DNA of 32,000 nucleotides from Pirellula staleyi DSM 6068 (lineage in GTDB: Bacteria > Planctomycetota > Planctomycetia > Pirellulales > Pirellulaceae): the NCBI GenBank assembly GCA_000025185.1, contig CP001848.1:4140001-4172000 (forward strand), written 5' to 3'. Positions within the stretch are counted from its first letter, which is position 1; each line of letters begins with the position of its first letter. The notes below the pieces were generated by a model that worked only from the letters and a program-made list of their open reading frames with translations, had not been told where the DNA came from and searched no databases. Below are positions 17,973 to 25,713 of this stretch, piece after piece. Position numbers and translations under genes: made by a program.

Positions 17973-20297
17973 ATGCAATTTGTTCACCAGGCACTCACGT
18001 GGGGTTTTCTGCTGGCACTTGTGCCACTGCTGATTCACCTCATCAACATGATGCGACATCGTCGCGTCAAATGGGCTGCCATGGAGTTTCTGCTCGCGGG
18101 CTATAAGAAGCATCGCAAGTGGGTCTGGCTCAAACAGCTGTTGCTACTGTTGTCGCGCATGGCAGCGGTGGCGCTGCTGGTGGCGATGCTCGCGCAACTA
18201 AAAACGCAAGATCAGTGGCTGCAACTGTTCGGCGGCCAGGTGACCCACCACTATGTGCTGGTCGACGACAGCTACTCGATGGAAGACCGCGTCGCGGGAG
18301 CCTCGGCGCTCGATGCTGCCAAGAGTGTGCTGCGATCGATCGTCGAAGAAGCTCAGCAGCAAGATACGGCCCAGCGTCTGACGGTGATTCGCTACTCGCA
18401 AGCACGCGATTTTTCGAGCGCTGCCAAGGCGACCTCTTCTCCCGCGATCGATTTCAATGCCGAAACGATCAATAGCGATTTTGCGGTGACACTCGAGAAA
18501 CAATCGCGGACCATCGAACCGACGCAGCTGTCGCTCTCGCCGCTGGGGGCGATTGCGATGGTCAAACAACTCGTCACGAGCAGCCGCGACGAAAATGCCC
18601 TCATCTATTTGCTCTCCGATTTCCGCGAACGGGACTGGAAATCGCCAGCCGATGTTCGGGCCGCGCTCGAGGGGCTCAAGTCGAGTCGCACCGAGTTGCA
18701 TCTGGTGAACTGTGCTCGCGAAAGTCAGCCAAATCTCGGCATCGTGGCCATCCAGCCGGCCGATGAGACGCGCGCCGCGGGTGTGCCGCTGTTTGTTTAC
18801 GTCCGCGTGAAAAACTTCGGCACCACCGCTGTTTCGAAAGTGCAGCTGAAGATCGAATCGACCTTCTACGCTGCAGCCGATGTCGCGACGACACCTCCCG
18901 AGCAGCTCACCGGCCAGGTCGATGAACTCGCCACGCTGCTGCTTGAAAAGATCGAGCCGGGCGAAACGATCTCGCGGCGCGTGCAGGTCTATTTTCCACA
19001 GCCGGGCAAGCATGTCGTTTCGGCCACGCTCCCTGAAGATCCAGTCGCTTCGGACAACAAACATTTTTCGGTGATCGACTTCCCCGATGGGGAGCGTGTG
19101 TTGGTGGTCGACGGCCACGAAGAGGCCGAGAATGCCTACTACTTAGAGGCGGCGTTTCGTCCTCTCGAGAAGTCGAACACCGGTGTCCGACCCGAAGTGA
19201 AGCCAGCTGCATTTCTGCGCGATGCCAAGGCCGAAACGCTGGCCCCTTACTCGGCGATCTATCTGCTCGATGTCGATCGGCTCGACAATTCCGCTGTCGA
19301 GTTGCTCGAGACGTATGTTCGGACCGGAGGAGGGCTCGCGATTTTTGCGGGACCCAAGAACAACGTCGATTTCTACTCGCGTACGCTCTATCGCGATGGG
19401 ACCGGATTGCTGCCAGCACCACTAGGACTCGAGCAGCAGCTCGCGCCAGCCATCGATAGCGCGACACCCGATATCGAACTCACGCGACATCCGATCTTCA
19501 GTTTCTTTGTCGAAGAGACTAACCCGCTGATTCGCGGCGTGCGCATCGATCAGTATCGAGCCGTGCAAAAAGGGTTTGCTCCAACCGCCGAAAACCCGGT
19601 CGAGATCATTGCCAAACTTCGCAATGGAAGTCCGCTGGTGCTCGAGAAAAAAGTGGGGGAAGGCACTGTCATTCAGGTCATGACCACGCTCAACCCCGAG
19701 TGGAACGACTGGGCCAAAAATCCGAGCTTCGTCGTCGTGATGCTGAAACTGCAGTCGTACCTCGCCGCCCCCGCGCGGCTCGATGATCCGCGGCTCGTCG
19801 GCAGCCCACTACGCCTGGCGCTCGATGCCAATGCCTATCGCTCCGACGTCACTTTCGTGATCCCCGGCAAAACGGCGACCGGTCGCTCGCGAATTGATTT
19901 ACAACTCGAAGCCGACGAGAAAACTCCGGCCATCGCGACCGCTGCGATTGGTTTGCCCGGAACCGCGGTCAGCGGCGTTCGCCAAACCGATCGCGCGGGG
20001 ATCTACGAAGCTTTGCCTGTCACGACCAAGGGGGAAATCGACCTTCGGCGCTACAGCGTGAATGTCGATCCGCTGGAAGGAGACCTGGCGACGACACCGC
20101 CTGAAGACCTCGTCGAGCGACTCGATGGCATTGCGTTTAACTACCATTTGGCCGATCAGTATCAGCAGCAGTCGCTTGGCGAACCGGGCTACAACTGGAG
20201 CATGCTGCTCCTGGGGCTCTTGGTCCTGCTGCTGCTGGCGGAACAGTTCCTGGCCTACTCGGCGAGCTATCATCCGATTCTCGGAGGTGCTCGCTAA
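17973..20297 (+). CDS. BatA-N (aerotolerance regulator N-terminal, double-TM) / VWA / beta-sandwich / GATase1-like membrane protein with a C-terminal TM anchor
   Basis: The N-terminus FVHQALTWGFLLALVPLLIHLINMMRHRRVKWAAMEFL is BatA_N-type. A second TM helix follows, then HHYVLVDDSYSM (MIDAS DxSxS). A CARDB-like segment is present (FVYVRVKNFGTTAVSKVQL...PGKHVVSATL). A GATase1-like segment follows (RVLVVDGHEE...YSAIYLLDVDRL...YVRTGGGLAIFAGP). The C-terminal TM helix is WSMLLLGLLVLLLLAEQFLAY. Confidence 0.85.
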   Translation: MQFVHQALTWGFLLALVPLLIHLINMMRHRRVKWAAMEFLLAGYKKHRKWVWLKQLLLLLSRMAAVALLVAMLAQLKTQDQWLQLFGGQVTHHYVLVDDSYSMEDRVAGASALDAAKSVLRSIVEEAQQQDTAQRLTVIRYSQARDFSSAAKATSSPAIDFNAETINSDFAVTLEKQSRTIEPTQLSLSPLGAIAMVKQLVTSSRDENALIYLLSDFRERDWKSPADVRAALEGLKSSRTELHLVNCARESQPNLGIVAIQPADETRAAGVPLFVYVRVKNFGTTAVSKVQLKIESTFYAAADVATTPPEQLTGQVDELATLLLEKIEPGETISRRVQVYFPQPGKHVVSATLPEDPVASDNKHFSVIDFPDGERVLVVDGHEEAENAYYLEAAFRPLEKSNTGVRPEVKPAAFLRDAKAETLAPYSAIYLLDVDRLDNSAVELLETYVRTGGGLAIFAGPKNNVDFYSRTLYRDGTGLLPAPLGLEQQLAPAIDSATPDIELTRHPIFSFFVEETNPLIRGVRIDQYRAVQKGFAPTAENPVEIIAKLRNGSPLVLEKKVGEGTVIQVMTTLNPEWNDWAKNPSFVVVMLKLQSYLAAPARLDDPRLVGSPLRLALDANAYRSDVTFVIPGKTATGRSRIDLQLEADEKTPAIATAAIGLPGTAVSGVRQTDRAGIYEALPVTTKGEIDLRRYSVNVDPLEGDLATTPPEDLVERLDGIAFNYHLADQYQQQSLGEPGYNWSMLLLGLLVLLLLAEQFLAYSASYHPILGGAR

Positions 20298-23053
20298 TGA
20301 ACAGCTCCGCACCAATTACATCGCTACTACTGGCCGCCGATGATTCGGCCCGCGTCTTCTACCAACTCGGCCGCTTGCAATCGCTCACCGAATGGTGGCA
20401 CTGGCTGCTGCTGGTGGCGGTCGTCCTGATGGTCACCACCTATGTCTCGTGGATGTATCGCCGCGATGGTGTCGAATTGCCGCGCGCCATGTCGCTGCTG
20501 CTGTTGCTTCTGCGCGTCTCGGCGCTCGCCGGGGTGCTGTTTTTCTTTTTGCAGCTCGAGAAACGGACCGAACGCAAACTCGTTAAACCATCGCGCGCGA
20601 TGGTGATGGTCGATACCAGTCAATCGATGGGACTGCGCGATGCGTTGCCGGGGAGCACAGCCGGCCCGAGTCGCAGCGAAATCGTGGCGGAAGAGCTCAA
20701 AAGTGGCGGGCTCGTCGAGCAGCTGCGCGAGAAGCATGAAGTGACCGTTCTGCGTTTCGACGATGCCGAAATGCCGGTCGAAATCACGACTTTCCCTCGT
20801 AAACCAACCCCTGAAGAAACAGCCGCCTCTGCGATTGAACTTTCGGCCGAAGATCGGCTCGCCGCTGCTCGGCAACTCGCGCTGGTGGCTGCGGTGCTGC
20901 TCGGTATCGCGGCGATTCTCGCGCTAGTGGCCTGGTTTGGCAAACTGCCGGTCGCTGCGGGGGAAACTTCCTCGTGGGCCGCGCTCGTGGCGGGTGTGCT
21001 CCTCATCACCGGCCTCGTGGTTCTAGCGACTGCCAATCTGCGGAGCGAAGGGGTCGGGCCGCTCGCGATCCTCGGTCTTGCGCCCCCCGCTTCGAGCGCC
21101 GACGATGCCCCAACCGAAAGCGACGAGAAACCAGCCGAAGCGGTCATCGATTGGCAGGAAGCTGTCGCTCCTCGTGGTGGCGAAACGCGTATCGGCGACA
21201 ACTTGCAAGCGATCATCGATCGCGAACGGGGTGGCTCTCTCGCCGGCGTCGTGCTGGTGACCGATGGTGGCCAAAACGCCGGGCAAGATGTCGCCTCGGC
21301 ACTCGTTTCCGCACAAGACGCTCTGCTCCCGGTGATCACCATCGGCATGGGCTCCGATAAGCGTTCGATGAACCTTCGCGTGGTCGATCTCGAAGCTCCC
21401 GAGCGCGTCTATCCCGGCGATAAATTCACCCTCACTGGCTATGTGCAGGCAATCAACTACGCCAAGACCAGCGTGACGGTCGAACTCGTTTCGGTCCCCG
21501 ATGGTGGCACAACCGAGACCCGCGAAGACGAACGTGTGATCGACGTCGGCAGCCGGGGCGAGGTGATTCCGGTGGCGTTTGAACTAACTCCCGAAGAGCA
21601 AGGAATTCGCGAGTATAAGCTCCGCATCAAGCCGGTGGCTGGCGAGGTTGAAGCTCGCGACAACGAGAAAACCGCGAAGGTCGAAATCATCGATCGCAAA
21701 ACGAAAGTTCTGCTGGTCGCCGGTGGTCCGACGCGCGAGTTCATCTTCCTGCGAAACCAACTTTTCCGCGACCGCGAAACCACCGTCGATGTGCTGCTGC
21801 AAAGTGCCCGCCCTGGACTTTCGCAAGACGCTAACGAGATCCTTGAAAAGTTTCCGACGACCGAAGAAGAGCTGTTTGCTTACGATTCGATCGTTGCTTT
21901 TGATGCCGACTGGGATGAACTCGAGGAAGATCAGGTCCGCTTGCTCGAGCGCTGGGTCGCCGAAAAAGCAGGGGGGCTGATCGTTGTCGCCGGACCGGTC
22001 TTCACTCCGCAGTGGAGCAGTCGCCGACGCGGCGATATAAAAATCGACACCATCAAGTCGCTCTACCCGGTCGCCTTCTTCTACCAAGGTTCGGCAACCC
22101 TCAGTCTCGGCCGCTTTGGTAGCGAAGAAGCGTGGCCTCTCACCTTCACTCGCGACGGCGAAGAAGCTGAGTTCTTATGGCTCGGAGAGAACTCGAACAT
22201 CTCCGCCTGGAACGAATTCGAAGGGGTTTACGGCTACTATGCAGTGAAAGATCCCAAACCAGGAGCGCGAGTCTTCGCACGTTTTTCCGATCCCGAAACG
22301 GCGATCGACGGCGAGTTGCCGATCTACATGGCGGGGCATTTCTACGGCAGTGGTCGTGTCTTCTACATGGCCAGCGGCGAAATGTGGCGCGTGCGTGCGG
22401 TCGACGATGTCTACTTCGAACAGTTCTATACCAAACTGATCCGCTGGGCCTCGGCTGGCCGACTTTTGCGGAACTCGAGCCGGGGTGTGCTGCTGGTCGA
22501 CAAAGACCGCTGCGTACTTGGGGAAGACATCATCGTTCGCGCGATTTTGCAAGACGCGCAGTTTCAGCCTCTCGTCCAGGCGAAGGTCGATGCCGTCCTC
22601 GTCTCCCCGAGTGGTGCCCGAACAGTGCTGCCGCTCAATCAAGTGAAAGATGCCGCCCGCGAAGGGATGTACAGCGAACAATTCACGGCGGAAGAAGAGG
22701 GAGACTATCGCGTCGAACTTCAAAATCCGTCGGCTGGAGATGAACTGCTGGTGCAAGAGGTGCGGGTTCGTATTCCGGCTCTCGAAACCGAACAGCCGCA
22801 GCGTAACGACGCGCTTCTGAAGGAAATTGCTGACAAAACGGGTGGCCAGTATTTCATTGGGTTGGAATCGGCGGTGGGTGTCGACGACGCGACCGGCGTC
22901 CACGCTCTACTCCGCCCGCAAGACCAAGTGACGGTTCTTCCTGGCACACCCGATCGTCAGTTCGATCGTCAGTTGATGACCTGGCTCCTCACGTTCATTG
23001 CCACCGTTTTGAGTCTCGAGTGGCTGATCCGCCGCTTGAGTCGGCTGGCCTAA
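20297..23053 (+). CDS. Multi-TM VWA / GATase1-like membrane protein, similar in architecture to the upstream gene
   Basis: The ATG overlaps the previous stop (TAATG). There are two N-terminal TM helices, then AMVMVDTSQSMG (MIDAS). GGETRIGDNL and GVVLVTDGGQNAG are the later VWA motifs. KVLLVAGGPTREFIFLRN...YDSIVAFDADWDEL...WVAEKAGGLIVVAGP is GATase1-like. The C-terminal TM helix is LMTWLLTFIATVLSLEWLI. Confidence 0.8.
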   Translation: MNSSAPITSLLLAADDSARVFYQLGRLQSLTEWWHWLLLVAVVLMVTTYVSWMYRRDGVELPRAMSLLLLLLRVSALAGVLFFFLQLEKRTERKLVKPSRAMVMVDTSQSMGLRDALPGSTAGPSRSEIVAEELKSGGLVEQLREKHEVTVLRFDDAEMPVEITTFPRKPTPEETAASAIELSAEDRLAAARQLALVAAVLLGIAAILALVAWFGKLPVAAGETSSWAALVAGVLLITGLVVLATANLRSEGVGPLAILGLAPPASSADDAPTESDEKPAEAVIDWQEAVAPRGGETRIGDNLQAIIDRERGGSLAGVVLVTDGGQNAGQDVASALVSAQDALLPVITIGMGSDKRSMNLRVVDLEAPERVYPGDKFTLTGYVQAINYAKTSVTVELVSVPDGGTTETREDERVIDVGSRGEVIPVAFELTPEEQGIREYKLRIKPVAGEVEARDNEKTAKVEIIDRKTKVLLVAGGPTREFIFLRNQLFRDRETTVDVLLQSARPGLSQDANEILEKFPTTEEELFAYDSIVAFDADWDELEEDQVRLLERWVAEKAGGLIVVAGPVFTPQWSSRRRGDIKIDTIKSLYPVAFFYQGSATLSLGRFGSEEAWPLTFTRDGEEAEFLWLGENSNISAWNEFEGVYGYYAVKDPKPGARVFARFSDPETAIDGELPIYMAGHFYGSGRVFYMASGEMWRVRAVDDVYFEQFYTKLIRWASAGRLLRNSSRGVLLVDKDRCVLGEDIIVRAILQDAQFQPLVQAKVDAVLVSPSGARTVLPLNQVKDAAREGMYSEQFTAEEEGDYRVELQNPSAGDELLVQEVRVRIPALETEQPQRNDALLKEIADKTGGQYFIGLESAVGVDDATGVHALLRPQDQVTVLPGTPDRQFDRQLMTWLLTFIATVLSLEWLIRRLSRLA

Positions 23054-23249
23054 AAGTCCGTTTGATAGCATCCAGGTGGCGGCGGCAACGCCTTCACCGA
23101 AAAAATGTAGCTGGCCGAGGCGAATCTCGGCAAAACCGACAGCGGCTGGCGAAGTTGAGTTAGACGCGCAACTGTACACTCCGATAGAATAAGGAATCGC
23201 ACCTCCGCGGTTTGCCTCTCCCAGGTCCCACGGCGAGCGACGAATTGGT

Positions 23250-25679
23250 ATGGCCACCACTGCCAACCCCATCTCGGATAACACCAACCCAACGAGCGAC
23301 ACTCGTCTGGGACAGTTCCGCCCTCTGCTTGCAAGCTTGCGTTGGCGGATTCGCCTCTATATTTGGCTCGAAGGGCTCGCTCTGGCGGCGATTTGGCTCG
23401 GTGTCACCTTCTGGCTTGCACTGGCGGCCGACTATTTGCCGGTGATCGCTGGCGCCTCGGAAATGCCACTGGCCGCGCGTGCTATTGTCGCCGCTGTCGT
23501 GGCTGCGGTCACACTCTATATCCTGTGGTACTACATCGCCCGCCGCGCCTTTGTTCCGCTGCGCGACGAAAGCATGGCGATTCTGCTCGAGCGGCAATAT
23601 GCCGGTTTTCAGGACGCCCTGGTCACCTCGGTGGAACTCGCCGGCAAGCAAGGTGGTCCCCAAGCAGGCAAAGATATTCCGCCGGCTGAAATGGTCGAGC
23701 GAACCGTCAAACAGGCCGCCGCCAGTGTCGGCGAAGTCCGTCTGGCGAAGGTTTTTAACCTCACGCCGCTGCTTCTCAAGTTGCTGCTCGGCACCCTGGC
23801 GATCGGCTCGATTGGTTTGCTCGGCATCATCAGCCGACCGACCCTCGCCACCGCCGCCGATCGTTTGATCCTGCTCGGCAGCACCGACTGGCCCCGCAGC
23901 GCGATCCTCGAAATCGTCGGGGTGGAACTCGAACGCAAAGCCGAGCCGGGACAGCCGCCGCTCCGGCCCATTCTGCTGCCGTTTGAAAATGGGATTGTGA
24001 AAGTGGCCCGAGGGAGCAGCGTGAGCTTAAAGGTTCGCGCGCTACAAACACCGGCTGCCAAGATCGTTCCTGCCAGTTGCACCGTCTATTACCAAAGCGT
24101 AACGACGGGCCAGGCTCGAGGCGAACGAGGCAACGTGGTGATGAGCAATTTTCGCGACACCGACGATCATCGTAACTTCTGGTTCGATGGCAAGCCGTTC
24201 CGCAGCGTCCTTTCGACGATTGTGTTTGACGTAGTGGGCTACGATGCGCGGCTGCGCGATCTGCGGCTCGAAGTGGTCGATAGTCCGGCCGTGATCGAAA
24301 CCACGCTCGACCTCACTTATCCCCCCTATCTTGTCGACGAAGCGACCTCGAACTTTTTGCCCACCAAGGGGAAAGCCTATCTCCCCTCCGGCACTTTTGT
24401 TCCAGCAGGTACCGAAGTGACGCTGCAAATGCGGAGTTCGAAAAACCTCCGCGAAGCGACAATCACACGAAGCGATACCGGCGAGCGAACCGTGATCGAC
24501 ATGACCAAGCAAAAGAGCCGCGAACGTTTTTCGTTCCAGGTTCCAGCGCTTCGTGAAAGCGTTTCGCTCGACGTGCTGCTGATCGACGAAGACAACGTTC
24601 CCTCCGACAAACCGTATCGCGTTTTCCTCACGGCGATTGAAGATCAAGCACCTGTCGTCGATGTGCGGCTGAAGGGGATCGGCACCAGCGTGACCCCCGA
24701 TGTTCGGATTCCGATGCAAGGCAAAGTGACCGACGACTATGCCATCGAGCGGGCCTGGATCGTTGCGCAAGTGAACGACAGTGGCGATCCGCAGCAGATC
24801 CCCGCGATACTAGCTACCGGCGGCGCGCTCGATGTGGCGACCGATTTCCGCGAGCAGCGGACTGCCAAAACGCCGCTCGAGATCAAACCGGGTGACAAGT
24901 TGTTCCTCGCCGTGGAAGCGGTCGACCGTTTTAATCTGAGCGATGCGCCGCACACCGGTTCGGGCGATCGCTGGGAACTCGAAGTCGTTACCCCCGACCA
25001 ATTGCTCGCCTCGCTCGAAGTTCGCGAACTCGGAATGCGTCGTCGACTCGAGCAGATTCTCGACGAAATGATGCAGCTGCGTGATTCGCTCCTGCGAGTG
25101 AAATCGAGCCTCGCCCCCTCTTCGTCGGTGGGCAATTTGGAAGAACTCCGAAGTGACGACGATCCTGAGGCCAAGCCCCTCACCGCTGCCGAAATTGCTC
25201 GGCGTCAGGCCGAGGTTCGATTGCTCCGCGTGCAACGAGCGCTACAGCAGTCGCAAAAGTCGGTGCAAGAGGTGCAGGGTGTTGCTGCCGGTTTCCTCGA
25301 TATTCGCGAGGAACTCATCAACAACCGGGTCGACACCGAAGATCGCAAAAATCGTCTCAAAGACTTAATCGCCGATCCGCTGAACAAGTGTGCCGAGGTG
25401 ATGTTCCCCGAGCTTGATCGCCGGATCATCCTGCTCGAAGAGAAATTGCGTGACACTGCGCAGCCAGCGGGAGATGATGTTCCTGGGGCTACCGATACGG
25501 CCATCGACCAGTCGTCGGCCACCATTGCCGAGCTCGAAGCGGTGCTCGAAAAGATGCTCGATCTCGAAACGTATAACGAACTGCTCGATATTGTTCGCTC
25601 GCTGATCAAAGATCAAGAAGAGCTGAGTGAGAAGACCAAGCAAGAGCGTAAGCGTCAGGCTCTCGAGGATTTGAAGTAA
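23250..25679 (+). CDS. Large membrane protein of unknown function: 3 TM helices, beta-rich middle, about 230-aa C-terminal coiled coil. Possibly DUF4175-like.
   Basis: TM helices: LYIWLEGLALAAIWLGVTFWLALAA, AARAIVAAVVAAVTLYILWYYI, LLLKLLLGTLAIGSIGLLGII. Two similar modules begin VVDSPAVIETTLDL and IEDQAPVVDVRLKG. The C-terminal part is heptad-like and charged (LEQILDEMMQLRDSLLRV...KDQEELSEKTKQERKRQALEDLK). The codon bias looks like coding sequence. No enzymatic motif was seen. Confidence 0.7.
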   Translation: MATTANPISDNTNPTSDTRLGQFRPLLASLRWRIRLYIWLEGLALAAIWLGVTFWLALAADYLPVIAGASEMPLAARAIVAAVVAAVTLYILWYYIARRAFVPLRDESMAILLERQYAGFQDALVTSVELAGKQGGPQAGKDIPPAEMVERTVKQAAASVGEVRLAKVFNLTPLLLKLLLGTLAIGSIGLLGIISRPTLATAADRLILLGSTDWPRSAILEIVGVELERKAEPGQPPLRPILLPFENGIVKVARGSSVSLKVRALQTPAAKIVPASCTVYYQSVTTGQARGERGNVVMSNFRDTDDHRNFWFDGKPFRSVLSTIVFDVVGYDARLRDLRLEVVDSPAVIETTLDLTYPPYLVDEATSNFLPTKGKAYLPSGTFVPAGTEVTLQMRSSKNLREATITRSDTGERTVIDMTKQKSRERFSFQVPALRESVSLDVLLIDEDNVPSDKPYRVFLTAIEDQAPVVDVRLKGIGTSVTPDVRIPMQGKVTDDYAIERAWIVAQVNDSGDPQQIPAILATGGALDVATDFREQRTAKTPLEIKPGDKLFLAVEAVDRFNLSDAPHTGSGDRWELEVVTPDQLLASLEVRELGMRRRLEQILDEMMQLRDSLLRVKSSLAPSSSVGNLEELRSDDDPEAKPLTAAEIARRQAEVRLLRVQRALQQSQKSVQEVQGVAAGFLDIREELINNRVDTEDRKNRLKDLIADPLNKCAEVMFPELDRRIILLEEKLRDTAQPAGDDVPGATDTAIDQSSATIAELEAVLEKMLDLETYNELLDIVRSLIKDQEELSEKTKQERKRQALEDLK

Positions 25680-25713
25680 CACACGCCCTGTGCGTGGAAA
25701 GGATTAGTTACTG

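Noticed and set aside
10749-23111. Shared 11-mer AAAAATGTAGC about 100-140 nt upstream of two plus-strand genes (10753-10763 before the protease; 23101-23111 before the 809-aa gene), as a possible common promoter element
   Set aside because: Roughly one such 11-mer coincidence is expected by chance among the approximately 3 kb of intergenic DNA here. No third copy occurs in the other intergenic regions.
23054-23249. 196-nt internal gap of the cluster with a small hairpin gccgag-gcgaat-ctcggc (23114-23131), as a possible internal terminator splitting the operon
   Set aside because: The stem is only 6 bp and is followed by AAAACC, not a T-run. This is not convincing as a terminator. An internal promoter cannot be excluded, and this is noted under the cluster finding.
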